64,000 bases of DNA from Planctomycetota bacterium. Lineage in GTDB: Bacteria; Planctomycetota; UBA1135; GCA-002686595. Positions within the stretch are counted from its first letter, which is position 1. Each line of letters opens with the position of its first letter. Made by a program: the position numbers and the translations under genes. The notes beneath the pieces were generated by a model, which saw only the letters and a list, made by a program, of their open reading frames with translations, did not search any database and was not told the origin of the DNA. Positions 20,883 through 34,153 of the stretch are shown piece after piece. The DNA is taken from assembly GCA_026647215.1 (NCBI GenBank), contig JAPKHC010000005.1, positions 64,316 through 128,315 of the forward strand, given 5' to 3'.

Positions 20883-21046
20883 TTCGTCGAGCTCCTTCCG
20901 CGCCGGGTAGCGCGGTCCTCCTGATCTCCGAGCAGCCCGCCGTGCGGGCTCCACTCTCGTTTTCGAGTGTCCCGGACCCGTGCAGGATCCGCAATCCACC
21001 TCCTTGTCATCCCGGCTCTGGAGGCGGGCGCCGGACTCCGGCGTCT

Positions 21047-21304
21047 TCAGTCCCGCAGGCCGAGTCGCGAGCGCAGGCGAGCGGTCGCGGCCGAGGCCGA
21101 CGAGCTCGGGGCCTCGATGCTCTTGCGCAGGCCCGCGACGATCGCCGTGAACGCGCCGCCGAAACGGGCGCAGTTGTCGCACTGGCGCACGTGGGCCTCG
21201 ATCTGGGCCGACACTTCGGGCGCGAGCTCGCCATCGAAGTAGTCGGAGAGCTTCGCGAGCACCTGCGTGCAGGCGATTCCGGCGAGAATTCGGTCGTTGT
21301 TCAC
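21047..21304 (-). CDS. small soluble zinc-binding anti-sigma factor (ZAS, zf-HC2), RsrA-like
   Basis: 85 aa from a GTG that overlaps the sigma-factor TGA (GTGA). HVRQCDNC is the H-x3-C-x2-C motif. From this start the residues are C12, H38, C42 and C45, versus C11/H37/C41/C44 as I recall for Streptomyces RsrA. No TM segment. Confidence 0.65.
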   Translation of the reverse strand: MNNDRILAGIACTQVLAKLSDYFDGELAPEVSAQIEAHVRQCDNCARFGGAFTAIVAGLRKSIEAPSSSASAATARLRSRLGLRD

Positions 21305-21891
21305 TGGCTTGCCTCCGATCCCATCCGACGCCGCACCTCGATCGCGAGCCGCAGCCGCGCGCGGTGCAGGCGGCTTTTCTGCGCCGCGAGGCCGATGCCG
21401 AGCAGGGCCGCGACCTCGGCGCCGGAGAGTCCCTGCAGGTCGCGCAGCACGAGCAGCTCGCGTTCGTCGGGCTCGAGGGCCGCGAGCGCTCCGGCGAGGC
21501 ACTCGCGCTCCTCCAGCGCGGCCGCGACGAGCTCCGGCGTGTGCCGTTCGTCGCCGAAACCGGCCTGACAGCCCAGTTCCTCGAGCCCGAGCTCCTCGAA
21601 CGAGCGCTCGCGAGCCCGCGACTCGCCGCGGCGCACGTTCAGTCTCGTCGCGAAACGCCGCGCGATGCCGACGAGCCATGGTCGCGCTCCATCGACGGCT
21701 CGCGCGTCACCCGCGGCGCTCCAGGCGGCGAGGAAGGTCTGCTGGAGCACGTCCTCGGCATCGTTGTCGTTGCCGACGATCCAGCGCGCGTACTGGAACA
21801 CGCCCGCCGCGTGGCGCTCGACGAGCTCGCCGAACGCCGCCCGGTCTCCGGCGGCGCTCCGCTCGAGCAACTGGCGATCCTCGTGCGCCAC
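21301..21891 (-). CDS. ECF (group 4) sigma-70 factor
   Basis: 196 aa. Region 2 FGELVERHAAGVFQYARWIVGNDNDAEDVLQQTFLAAW. Region 4 LEPDERELLVLRDLQGLSGAEVAALLGIGLAAQKSRLHRARLRL. Confidence 0.85.
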   Translation of the reverse strand: MAHEDRQLLERSAAGDRAAFGELVERHAAGVFQYARWIVGNDNDAEDVLQQTFLAAWSAAGDARAVDGARPWLVGIARRFATRLNVRRGESRARERSFEELGLEELGCQAGFGDERHTPELVAAALEERECLAGALAALEPDERELLVLRDLQGLSGAEVAALLGIGLAAQKSRLHRARLRLAIEVRRRMGSEASQ

Positions 21892-21904
21892 GAGCGCTCT
21901 CGCC

Positions 21905-22114
21905 TCAGCGCGCCGAGCCCTTGAGCGGGCAGGTCGAGAAGCCGAACACCGTGTACAGCGGGCAGCTGCCGATCAGGCCCGTCGCGAGCGGCACGAGGCC
22001 GAGAAAGCCCCAATTGCTCTTGGGCCCCACGAACGCGATCGCGATCAGGCCGAGGCCGAGCAGCACGCGCACGGCACGTTCGGCGGGGTGTTCGTTGGTG
22101 GGCAGGAACTTCAT
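21905..22114 (-). CDS. DUF2892 (YgaP-like) small membrane protein
   Basis: 69 aa with R..R...G......G and the characteristic GSCPLY motif. Lies 13 nt upstream of the ECF sigma gene on the same strand. Confidence 0.6.
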   Translation of the reverse strand: MKFLPTNEHPAERAVRVLLGLGLIAIAFVGPKSNWGFLGLVPLATGLIGSCPLYTVFGFSTCPLKGSAR

Positions 22115-22231
22115 GGTGTCCTCGGGTTTCGTTGCGGTGTACGGGTCGGGGGGGCAGCCCCTGGGGGCGTGCTCACCCGCACAGAGGCACCCAGCGCCCC
22201 CGAGGATTCGCGAAATCTGCCGAAATCCGGG

Positions 22232-22912
22232 CTACTTGGCCGCCGGCGCGGGTTCCGCGGGCGGCTTGGCGGTCTGGAATTGCACCTTGATGTCGGCGAG
22301 CGTCTCGCTGGCGTCGTCGATGGCGTCGATCGCGCGGCCGGCGGCCTTCGAGGCGCGGCCCATCGGGCCCTCCATCGCGTCGATGCCCGCCGGAGTCAGG
22401 TCGTTGTCGAGCGCGGTGCGCAGGTCGGCGAGCAACGCGACGAGCGGCCCGACTTCCTTGTCGACGGCGGCGACGGACTCGACGACTTCCTTGAGCGCGC
22501 CCGCGAGCTTCTCGCGACGCTTGGTGTCGGCCGCCTTGATGTCGGCGTCGGCGATGGCGTCGGAGCGACGCTCCCAGTTCGTCAGGTACGCGTTGCCACG
22601 TTCCTTGATCTTCGTCGCGGTGTCGGTCACGCGCGCCGTCGAGGCATTGAGCGCCTTCACGCTCGCGACGAGCTGGTCGTAGCTCGGCTTGGGATCGACG
22701 CTCGCCTTCTCGTCGACGGCCGACAGCGCCGTCCGAGTCGCCGCGAGGTCGGTCTTGGCCTTGGCGAGCGCCGTCTCGAGCTGCTCCATCGAAGTCGCGA
22801 GATTGTCCGCGCGCTCGTGGCCCTTGGTCGAGGCGCAGGAAGTGAACGTGGGGAGCAGGGCGAGCGCGAGGAACGCGAGCGAACGCAGGAGCGAGTTCAG
22901 CATGATCATCAT
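22232..22912 (-). CDS. hypothetical helical lipoprotein (DUF2959-like)
   Basis: 226 aa. MMIMLNSLLRSLAFLALALLPTFTSC lipobox. Ala/Lys/Asp-rich coiled-coil-like body and a Pro/Ala tail. Confidence 0.55.
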   Translation of the reverse strand: MMIMLNSLLRSLAFLALALLPTFTSCASTKGHERADNLATSMEQLETALAKAKTDLAATRTALSAVDEKASVDPKPSYDQLVASVKALNASTARVTDTATKIKERGNAYLTNWERRSDAIADADIKAADTKRREKLAGALKEVVESVAAVDKEVGPLVALLADLRTALDNDLTPAGIDAMEGPMGRASKAAGRAIDAIDDASETLADIKVQFQTAKPPAEPAPAAK

Positions 22913-22992
22913 CGATGGGTTGAAGGGGATCGGTCACCGCGCGGCGATCCGGCCGCCGCGGTCGCGAGGGGCACGATTGGAGCAGAAACGAC

Positions 22993-23556
22993 TTGCGCCG
23001 CGCAAAAGGGGGCCCGGCCGACGGCGCGAGGCGGCGCTACCATGCCAAAGTGCCCCCGCCCCCGTTCGAAGCGCGCTTCACGCTGCGCAGCCTCGCGCCG
23101 CGCCTCGCCGCATGGACTGCGCTCGCGGCGCTCTCGGTGGTGTTCGCCTGGCCCTCGGGTCCCCTCGCGGAGCTGCACGTCGCCGCGCGCCTCGTGGCTT
23201 GGTGTCTTGCCGCCCTGTTCCTCTTCGTGCTGTTCTTCGAAGCGCGCCGCCTCGCGAGCAAGGCCCCAGTGCTGCGCATCGACGAACGCGGCATCCTCTG
23301 GCGCCGCTGGTCCGAGGACACGATTCCGTGGAGCGAAGTGGCGTCCCTGAGGCTCTTCGACATCCAGCGCGTGCATTTCGTCGGCCTCGTGCTCCGCAAC
23401 CCGGAGCGTTTCCCGTCCGCGACGATCCTCGGCCGCTCCGCCAAGGCCAACCGCGCCTTCACCGGCTGCGACCTCTGCCTCGAGATCCAAGGCACCAACC
23501 GCCGCCACGGGGAGCTCGTCGCGGCCGTCGAATCGCACCTTCCGTCGCTCGATTGA
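22993..23556 (+). CDS. membrane protein with C-terminal PH-like domain (STM3941-like)
   Basis: Two hydrophobic helices (LAAWTALAALSVVFAWP, LVAWCLAALFLFVLFF), then LRIDERGILWRRWSEDTIPWSEV. The start could instead be GTG 23050. Confidence 0.5.
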   Translation: MRRAKGGPADGARRRYHAKVPPPPFEARFTLRSLAPRLAAWTALAALSVVFAWPSGPLAELHVAARLVAWCLAALFLFVLFFEARRLASKAPVLRIDERGILWRRWSEDTIPWSEVASLRLFDIQRVHFVGLVLRNPERFPSATILGRSAKANRAFTGCDLCLEIQGTNRRHGELVAAVESHLPSLD

Positions 23557-23615
23557 GCGAGGGCCTCGCCAAATCGTCACTGGGCAGGATCGTCGGCGCG
23601 CCGTAGCGTCCGGAC

Positions 23616-24953
23616 ATGGCCCGGTCGAAGTCGCTTCCCGCTGCGCTCGTGCTGACGGTGCTCGTCGTCCTGCTCGCGCTCTGGCGACTGCGGGACGGCT
23701 CGAGCGCGCCGTTCAACGCCGCAGCGCCGGAGTCCGTGAGCGCGAGCTCGCCGTCGACAGCGCCGACCTTCACGGCGACGGCGGAGCCGATGCCGAGCGA
23801 AACGAGCGAAGCCTCTACCGAACGCCATTCGGCCGACACACTCGACTGGACATTCCAAGGCGTCGTGCTCGACGAGTCGCGTCGGCCGCTCGAGCGCTTC
23901 GGCGTGCGCGCGACGCGGCTGGGAACGCTCTCGGAAGTCCTGGAGCAACTGGAACTCCCGCTCGCAGACCACGAAGAGGGCGTATTCGAGTTTTCGAACC
24001 TGACTCCGGGCCATTGGCGCATCGCTCCGTTCGCGCCGGAGCGTCGGCTCGTGCTCGAACGCAATTTCTGGGAGCAGGAGACGAAGCGGCACGACTACCT
24101 GCTCTTGCCGCTCTCCTACTTCAAGGACGATCTGAAGCCGGCGAGACTCCAAGGCGTCGTGCTCCTCCCGTCGGGACGGCCGGCTCGAGCTGCCCGCGTG
24201 GCCGTGTACACGAGCGCCATCGATCCGGACCGCTCCCTCGTTTCGCCACCGGCCTGGACCACCAACGCCAACGCCGAAGGTCGGTTTCTGCTGGCGGTCG
24301 CGCCGGGGCAGAGATGGCTGACCGCCTCACTGCCGGAGTTCGACGACGCCTATCCCGTCGCACTCGAGCTCACGGAGGGCGAGAGCCGTGACGAGATCCG
24401 GTTGCAGCTCACCGTCGCGCGCCGTGCCCGCTTCTGGTTCGCCGCCGCGGATCCCGCACGCCCGCGACCGCTCGCGCTGAAGTGGTTCGAGATCCACGGC
24501 GATCACGAGGGAAGCGTGGCCGCGGAGGAGGGTGTGGAGTTCGAGATTCCGCTCGCGGGCACCGGCGCCTACCGCTGGGAGCTCGTGTGCGAGAACGACC
24601 CGCTCCACAGCGGCCTGTTCGAATCGCCGAGGAGCGAGCCGGCGCCGACCTTGCGCCTCGAACGCCGCGCGCCAACTCCGGTCGTCGTGCATTACCCCAC
24701 GGGCTGCTTCGAGGAAGGCGTCGCGATCGCCGCCGATCGCTCGATGGGCGCCCTGCCCCTCGTCCGCTCGCGAAAAGGCCGCGACAGCACCGAGTTTGAA
24801 TTGCCGTGCGGGGGCCGATGGACGTTCGCCTTCGGCACTTCCGTGCTGCACCAAACCGCGTTCACTGCCACCCACGACATCCCCGCCGTGGCACGCTTCG
24901 AAGTCCCCTGCCCCAACGCCCTGCGGGACTGGCTTCAGGTCCAGGGGTACTGA
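23616..24953 (+). CDS. membrane-anchored beta-sandwich repeat protein; paralog family B
   Basis: 445 aa. Signal anchor SLPAALVLTVLVVLLALW. WTFQGVVLDESRRPLERFGVRATRLG and GHWRIAPFAPERRLVLERNFW align with the next gene. Confidence 0.55.
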   Translation: MARSKSLPAALVLTVLVVLLALWRLRDGSSAPFNAAAPESVSASSPSTAPTFTATAEPMPSETSEASTERHSADTLDWTFQGVVLDESRRPLERFGVRATRLGTLSEVLEQLELPLADHEEGVFEFSNLTPGHWRIAPFAPERRLVLERNFWEQETKRHDYLLLPLSYFKDDLKPARLQGVVLLPSGRPARAARVAVYTSAIDPDRSLVSPPAWTTNANAEGRFLLAVAPGQRWLTASLPEFDDAYPVALELTEGESRDEIRLQLTVARRARFWFAAADPARPRPLALKWFEIHGDHEGSVAAEEGVEFEIPLAGTGAYRWELVCENDPLHSGLFESPRSEPAPTLRLERRAPTPVVVHYPTGCFEEGVAIAADRSMGALPLVRSRKGRDSTEFELPCGGRWTFAFGTSVLHQTAFTATHDIPAVARFEVPCPNALRDWLQVQGY

Positions 24954-25009
24954 ACGGGCCTCGTGCGCGGATCCAGAACGCCAGCCGACACAGCGCCCAG
25001 CGACACCAA

Positions 25010-26239
25010 ATGAAGCAAAGAGCGAAACGCGCGCTCGCCGCCCTCTTCGCCGTCGCGACGCTCACCACCACCTTCGTGTTGTGGCGGGCGCCGGAGGATG
25101 GGGCGACCGAGGCGGAATTCGTGTCCGTCCCGGAGTGGACGTTCCGTGGTCAGGTGCTCAATTCGGAACGGAAACCGCTGCGCGGCTTCGGCGTCGTCGC
25201 GACGCGGCTCGGGGACGACGGTGCGGTGCTCGAGCGCATCGAGCAACCTCTCGACGACCACCGCGACGGCCGCTTCGACGTTCGTTGCAAGTCCGCGGGC
25301 CACTGGCGCATCGAGCCCTTCGCGCCAGGGCGCCAGCTCGTCATGGCGCGCGACTTCTGGCAGAGCGACAGCGAGATCTGGACCTATCAGCTGCTTCGGC
25401 AGGAGAGCCTCGATCGGATCGCCGAGGTTCTCAAGGGAACGGAGCCCGCGACGATCGAGGGCGAGGTGGTCGTACCTTCGGGAGCGCTTCCGCCGTCCAT
25501 CTTGGTCGAGGCGCTGGCGTGCGTGGAGCTTTGGACCGGCCCGGGTGATCGAGTGGCGGCCTCCGCGATCTGCGACGAGGCCGGTCGCTTCACGTTGCGT
25601 GCGGATGCGGGTGCCCTGAAGCTGCGGGCCTCGGCCGCAGGCTGGAACGATTCGGAATTCGTCGGGCGTCCGATGCAAGGAGGCGAGAGCTCGACTGCGA
25701 CGCTTGCGCTGCGCCCGCCGACGCCGGTTTCGCTCCGGATCGAACCGCTCGACCCCGCGAATCCGCGCCCGTTGCGCGTCGAGTGGACGGCCGAAGGCAA
25801 GCCCAGCGCAGGCGCCGACGGTGTCGAAGGAGCGTGGCTCGACACCAGCATCGTCGGCGAAGGCTGGATCCTGTGGACGCTGGCGTGCGGCGCCGATGCA
25901 CCGCAGCGCGGGAGCTTTCACCTCACCATCGGCGAACGGCGCCGCATCGAACTCCACAGGTTCCCGGCGCGGCCCACCGTACTCGCGGTCACGGGTTTCG
26001 ACGCGGAAACGCCTCTCGTGGCGCTGGGTTGCGAAGCCACGATGGGGCTCACGCCGGCTGCAAACTCGAGCTTCGTGAACGGCCGCCACGAGTTCACCCT
26101 CGCCCGCCCGGGCAAGTGGCTGATCACGCACGCAAATTCGGAGTTCGCGAGCGGCTACTTCAATGTCGTCGAAGTGCCGTCCGTCGCACGGCACACGATC
26201 GAGCTGCAGCCTCCGCCGCGCGGGTGCTTCGACTACTGA
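25010..26239 (+). CDS. membrane-anchored beta-sandwich repeat protein; paralog family B (tandem duplicate)
   Basis: 409 aa from the internal [54 protein letters not shown] and [21 protein letters not shown]. Confidence 0.55.
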   Translation: MKQRAKRALAALFAVATLTTTFVLWRAPEDGATEAEFVSVPEWTFRGQVLNSERKPLRGFGVVATRLGDDGAVLERIEQPLDDHRDGRFDVRCKSAGHWRIEPFAPGRQLVMARDFWQSDSEIWTYQLLRQESLDRIAEVLKGTEPATIEGEVVVPSGALPPSILVEALACVELWTGPGDRVAASAICDEAGRFTLRADAGALKLRASAAGWNDSEFVGRPMQGGESSTATLALRPPTPVSLRIEPLDPANPRPLRVEWTAEGKPSAGADGVEGAWLDTSIVGEGWILWTLACGADAPQRGSFHLTIGERRRIELHRFPARPTVLAVTGFDAETPLVALGCEATMGLTPAANSSFVNGRHEFTLARPGKWLITHANSEFASGYFNVVEVPSVARHTIELQPPPRGCFDY

Positions 26240-26249
26240 CGCGCCCGCG

Positions 26250-26672
26250 TCACTTGGCCGGCGACTTCGGCGGCACGAGGAAGAAGCGGCCGATGGCGAC
26301 TTCGAACTTGGTGCCGTCGTCGCGCTGGAAGAGGTAGCTGCCTTCCATCGTGCCCCAGGGGGTGCGCAGCGGGCAGGAGCTCATGTACTCGTGGCGCTCG
26401 CCGGGCGCGAGGCGCGGGGTCTGGCCGACGACGCCGGCGCCGCGCACCTCGTCGCGCTGGTTGTTGGCGTCGAGGATGATCCAGTGGCGCGAGAGCAGAC
26501 GAGCGGCGCTCGGGCCCTCGTTGGTCATCACGATCCGGTAGGAGTACCGCCAGTGCAGCGCATCGGCGTCCGACTCCGCCTCGAGGAGCTGGGCGCTGGC
26601 CTGGATGCGGATGCCCTCGGTGACGGTGTCCGAGCCCGAGGAACGGGCCTGCGTTTCGTTGATGGCGTTCAT
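26250..26672 (-). CDS. apaG: ApaG (DUF525) protein
   Basis: 140 aa. [56 protein letters not shown] is the ApaG signature pattern. Confidence 0.85.
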   Translation of the reverse strand: MNAINETQARSSGSDTVTEGIRIQASAQLLEAESDADALHWRYSYRIVMTNEGPSAARLLSRHWIILDANNQRDEVRGAGVVGQTPRLAPGERHEYMSSCPLRTPWGTMEGSYLFQRDDGTKFEVAIGRFFLVPPKSPAK

Positions 26673-26852
26673 GGTGGCGAAGGGGCCAAGCTACCGGACG
26701 GCGCCCGTGCTTTTGAAGAGCGCGTCCCCGCTCCCCGGCGCCCGACGGGAATTTTTCGGGTTTTCTCCGTCCGTGCCACCGCCGCCGTTTCGTGGACCCT
26801 TCGCCCGGAGCCTGTCCGGGCGCTCCCCCTCCACCACGGAACTACCCCGCCG

Positions 26853-30209
<3,357 letters not shown>

Positions 30210-30222
30210 GGTGAGTTGGCGC

Positions 30223-30264
30223 CCGCGGCGCTCGGAGGCTCTCGCCAGCCTCCGGGCGCCGCGG
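30223..30264 (+). terminator. compound GC-rich hairpin downstream of the metzincin gene
   Basis: Inner stem GGAGGCT (30234-30240) pairs with AGCCTCC (30247-30253). The outer 9-bp stem pairs 30223-30231 with 30256-30264. Only a short TT follows, so intrinsic termination is uncertain. Confidence 0.4.
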
Positions 30265-30293
30265 CGTTCCCGCCGTAGGATGGGGCGCCCCCG

Positions 30294-30875
30294 ATGGAGC
30301 GCCCCGCACGAGTCACGCACGCTTTCGCCCGCTGGCGGGGCGGCGACGAGTCCGCCCGCGACGAGGTGCTCGCGGGCCTGTACGAGGAACTGCGCGCGCT
30401 CGCCGGGCGGCACCTGGGCGCGAATTCGCCGGCGCGGACGCTGCAGCCGACCGCGCTCGTGCACGAGGTCTACCTGAAGTTGCAGGGATCGGGTTCGGAC
30501 GAGATCCGGGATCGTGAGCACTTCCTCGCGATCGCCGCGACGGCGATGCGGCAGGTGCTCGTCGACTACGTGCGCGCACGCAACGCCGACAAGCGCGGCG
30601 GCGAGTGGCGGCGGGCGACGCTCGAGCGCGTCCTCGAGGCGGTGGAGTCGCAGCAGGTCGAGATCGAGAGTCTCGAGCGCGCGCTCGAGAAGCTCTCGGG
30701 GCTCAGCGAGCGGCAGGCGCGCATCGTCGAGCTGCGCGTGTTCGGCGGCCTGAGCGTCGAGGAGGTCGCGCACGTGCTCGGGCTGGGGACGACGACGGTC
30801 AAGACGGACTGGCAGTTCGCGCGCGCGTGGCTCAAGCGCGAGCTGCGGCCGGGCGAGGCACGGGACGAGAAGTGA
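30294..30875 (+). CDS. ECF sigma factor of the kinase-associated type (TIGR02999-like)
   Basis: 193 aa with LQPTALVHEVYLKL, R.HFLA.AA.AMR..LVD.AR and a region-4 HTH LSVEEVAHVLGLGTTTVKTDWQFARAWL. These are typical of ECF sigmas encoded next to Ser/Thr kinases. Confidence 0.85.
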   Translation: MERPARVTHAFARWRGGDESARDEVLAGLYEELRALAGRHLGANSPARTLQPTALVHEVYLKLQGSGSDEIRDREHFLAIAATAMRQVLVDYVRARNADKRGGEWRRATLERVLEAVESQQVEIESLERALEKLSGLSERQARIVELRVFGGLSVEEVAHVLGLGTTTVKTDWQFARAWLKRELRPGEARDEK

Positions 30876-33800
30876 GCTCGGCGAGCGAGCGGCACGAGCT
30901 CCTGACGCGACTGTTCGCGCAGGCGAGCGAACTGGAACCCGCGGAACGGGCGGAGTTTCTCGGGCGTTCGTGTGGAAGCGATCGGGAGCTGCGGGCGGAA
31001 CTCGAGGCGCTGCTAGGCGAGTCGCAGGCGCCGCTGGCGCTGTTCGACGACGCCGACAGCGGGCGCAACCGCGGCGGGCTCGTCGCGCTGCTCGCCAACG
31101 CCGACGAACGTTGGGTCGGCACGGTGGTCGGAGACTGCAGGCTCGTCGAGCTGCTCGGCTCCGGCGGCATGGGCTCCGTGTACCGCGGGCAGCAGACCCA
31201 TCCCTCGCGCGACGTCGCGGTGAAGATCCTGCGCGGCAGCCGCTTCGAGGAGGCGGCGCTGCGGCGCTTCGAGGTCGAGACCGAACTGCTCGCGCGCCTG
31301 CGCCATCCGGGCATCGCGCAGGTCTTCTCGGCCGGCGTGCACTCCCAGGGGCCACTGCGTGTCCCCTACTGCGTGCTCGAGCTCGTCGACGGCGCACAGC
31401 CGATCACCGAGTTCGCTTCGTCGCGCTCGCTCGCCGTGAACGAGACGCTGCGGCTCTTCCTGCAGGCCTGCGATGCGCTGCAGCACGCGCACGAGCACCG
31501 CGTCGTGCACCGCGACGTCAAGCCCGGCAACCTGCTCGTCGACCGCGACGGAAGGTTGCGCGTGATCGACTTCGGCATCGCGCGTGCGCTCGCCAGCGAC
31601 GACGAGCGTGCGCAACGCACGCGCACCGGACAGGTGCTCGGCACGCCGGCGTACATGAGCCCCGAGCAGTTCGCGGCGCGAGCGGACGAGCTCGACACGC
31701 GCGCGGACGTCTATTCGCTGGGTGTCGTTCTGTACGAGCTCCTCGCCGGTCGCCTGCCGATCGAGGTCGACGGCGCGCCGTTGCACGAAGTCTCGCGGCG
31801 TGTGCTCGAGGACGAACCGCCGCGGCTGAGCACGATCCGGCGCGCGCTGCGCGGCGACCTCGAGACGATCGTCGCCAAGGCGCTCTCGAAGGACGCGACC
31901 CGGCGCTACGGCTCGGCGGGCGCGCTCGCCGCCGACCTGCGCCGCTACCTCAACGACGAGCCGATCACCGCGCGGCCCGCGACGGCCATCTACCAGCTGA
32001 CGAAGTTCGCCCGGCGCCACCGCGGCCTCGTCGCCGGCGCGTTCGTCGCGCTCGGAGCGCTCGTCACCGGCACCATCGTCGCGACGACCAGCGCTTTCGA
32101 GGCCCTCCGCGCGCGCGACGAGGCTCGCCGGCTCGCCTACGAGGCCAACCTCGCGGCCGTCGCGTCGGCGCTGGCGAGTTTCGATTTCGCCGCGGCCCGC
32201 AAGCGTCTCGACGAGGCGCCGGAGGAACTGCGCGGTTGGGAGTGGCGCCACTTCGATGCGCGGCTCGACGACGCGACGTTCGCGCTCGCCCCGATCGCGC
32301 CGCCTTCGCCGCCGTGGGGCGTGCGCGATCTCGAGTACGTGCAGGTGGACGGCGAGCAACTCATCGCCGTCGCCCATGTGGTGCCGCGCGACGGACTCGA
32401 GGCGCTCGAACTTCGGCTGCACTCCGTCGCGGATGGCTCGCTGCGCGCGCACTGGCAAGTCGCCCCCGATCGCGGAGTGTGGGTGGCGATCGCGCCGGAT
32501 CGTGTGTGGGTTTCCAACGCCAAGGGCGACGTGTGGACGCTCGGGCTGCTCGACGGAAAGGAGCAGGGACTGCGCACGCACTTCGAGGCCGACGACGTCG
32601 CGTCGCGCTACATGATCACTCCACTCGGCGGCGCGAAAGCGCTCATCGCGCGGCGCGTCGGCGGTTTCCAGACGATCGCCGATCTCGAGCGGGGCAGCCT
32701 GACGCCGCCGCCGGCGCTACCCGCCGACGAGTTCCCGTTCGTGCTGCGCGGGCCGACCAGCGACGGACGCGCGCTCGTCTCCTTCGGCAAGTACATCTGC
32801 GTGACGCCACTCGACGGTGACGAGCCGATCGCGGCGCTCGAATACTCTGGCGAGGCCATCCTCGCGTACGCGGTGCATCCGGACGGTCAACGCTTCTTCG
32901 CCGCCTGTCGCGACGGTTCGGTGCTCTGCATTCGCTCGGCCGACGGCCAGCTCGCGATCGAGCGCAGGCTTCTCGCGCATACCGACACCGTGACGGGCAT
33001 CGCGGTCTCTCCCGAAGGTCGTTTCGTGACGACGGCCGGAGGCGACCGTGCGATCCATGTGTGGCGCGCGGACGACCTCTCGCTCGTCAACACTCTGGTC
33101 GGCGCCGACGCCGGCGCGATCACGCTCGCCTACGATGCGACGGGCGAGCACCTCGCCGTTTCCGCGGGCCTGCGAGGCGTGCTCGTGTTCGACGAGCCCG
33201 AGCGCCCCGACCCGCGCACGCTGCGCGACTTCGAGTCCTATGCCTATTCGCTCGCGCTCGCGCCGGACGGCGAACGTCTCGCCGCCGGGGACTGGGACCA
33301 GCACGTGCGCGTCTGGGATCGACGCACGACCGCTCCGCTCTTCACTGTGCGGCTCGCCCCTATCCCGCGGCCCGTGCAGACGCTCGAATGGAGTCGCGAC
33401 GGGGCGCGCCTGCTCGCCTCCGTCGTGGCGGATCCGCCCGTGCGAAGCCTGCATGTCCTGGACGCGCAGACCGGAGAGACGCTCGCCAGCGCCGCCTCCG
33501 AGAGCATGGTCTTCGCGGCCACGTGGATCGATGAGGAGCGCTTTGTCGCGGCCAGCGGCGCACGCTTGGAGATCCGGCGCGCGATCGACGCCGCGTTGGA
33601 GCGTACCGTCGAGCTCGTGCCGGTCGACGCGGCCGCGATGCCGTGGTCGATCCGCTGGGACTTTGCGACTTCGCCGGATCGCACGCGGCTCGCGCTCGCC
33701 TGTCCCGACGGCGGCGTGCGCTGCTGGAAACTGCCGGATTTCCGGCCTGAATTCACGGTTGGCGTCCACAAGGGACCCGCGCACGCGGTCGCATGGAGCG

Positions 33801-34150
33801 CCGATGGCAAGCGGATCGTCTCCTCCGGAGCCGACCGCCGCCTGTGCGTGCTCGACGCGCGCTCTGGCGCCTTGCTGCACGAAACCGTCGCGCACGCGAG
33901 CCCAGTGTTCGACGTGTGCTTCTCTCCCGATGGAACGCGCCTCTTCAGCGGCTCCGACGACGACACGATCCGCGTCTGGAGCACGAGCACGTGGACCGAG
34001 ATGGCGCGGCTCGATGGACACAGCGACTACGTCTTCTCGCTCGACTGCGCGCCCGATGGCCAGCTCCTCAGCGCGTCGGGCGACCGCAGCGTGAGGCTGT
34101 GGGACACTCGCTCGCGCGCGCAGGTGCTGCTCGAGAGCGCGCGCCGCTGA
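30872..34150 (+). CDS. Ser/Thr protein kinase with one TM helix and C-terminal WD40 repeats
   Basis: GTG at 30872 overlaps the sigma TGA (GTGA), giving 1092 aa. Kinase motifs GSGGMGSVY, AVKIL, HRDVKPGNLL, DFGIA and GTPAYMSPEQ. TM helix LVAGAFVALGALVTGTIVA. WD40 units such as HTDTVTGIAVSPEGRFVTTAGGDRAIHVW and GHSDYVFSLDCAPDGQLLSASGDRSVRLWD. Confidence 0.85.
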   Translation: MSSASERHELLTRLFAQASELEPAERAEFLGRSCGSDRELRAELEALLGESQAPLALFDDADSGRNRGGLVALLANADERWVGTVVGDCRLVELLGSGGMGSVYRGQQTHPSRDVAVKILRGSRFEEAALRRFEVETELLARLRHPGIAQVFSAGVHSQGPLRVPYCVLELVDGAQPITEFASSRSLAVNETLRLFLQACDALQHAHEHRVVHRDVKPGNLLVDRDGRLRVIDFGIARALASDDERAQRTRTGQVLGTPAYMSPEQFAARADELDTRADVYSLGVVLYELLAGRLPIEVDGAPLHEVSRRVLEDEPPRLSTIRRALRGDLETIVAKALSKDATRRYGSAGALAADLRRYLNDEPITARPATAIYQLTKFARRHRGLVAGAFVALGALVTGTIVATTSAFEALRARDEARRLAYEANLAAVASALASFDFAAARKRLDEAPEELRGWEWRHFDARLDDATFALAPIAPPSPPWGVRDLEYVQVDGEQLIAVAHVVPRDGLEALELRLHSVADGSLRAHWQVAPDRGVWVAIAPDRVWVSNAKGDVWTLGLLDGKEQGLRTHFEADDVASRYMITPLGGAKALIARRVGGFQTIADLERGSLTPPPALPADEFPFVLRGPTSDGRALVSFGKYICVTPLDGDEPIAALEYSGEAILAYAVHPDGQRFFAACRDGSVLCIRSADGQLAIERRLLAHTDTVTGIAVSPEGRFVTTAGGDRAIHVWRADDLSLVNTLVGADAGAITLAYDATGEHLAVSAGLRGVLVFDEPERPDPRTLRDFESYAYSLALAPDGERLAAGDWDQHVRVWDRRTTAPLFTVRLAPIPRPVQTLEWSRDGARLLASVVADPPVRSLHVLDAQTGETLASAASESMVFAATWIDEERFVAASGARLEIRRAIDAALERTVELVPVDAAAMPWSIRWDFATSPDRTRLALACPDGGVRCWKLPDFRPEFTVGVHKGPAHAVAWSADGKRIVSSGADRRLCVLDARSGALLHETVAHASPVFDVCFSPDGTRLFSGSDDDTIRVWSTSTWTEMARLDGHSDYVFSLDCAPDGQLLSASGDRSVRLWDTRSRAQVLLESARR

Positions 34151-34153
34151 GTT

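Noticed and set aside
20883-21046. Search for an ECF-type promoter (GGAAC/GGAAT-N16-18-CGT/GTT) upstream of the PD40 gene, and at 22115-22231 upstream of the sigma operon
   Set aside because: I found only partial matches (for example a direct repeat GATTTCG-N3-GATTTCG on the minus strand near 22205-22225). Nothing was convincing by eye, so this needs a matrix scan.
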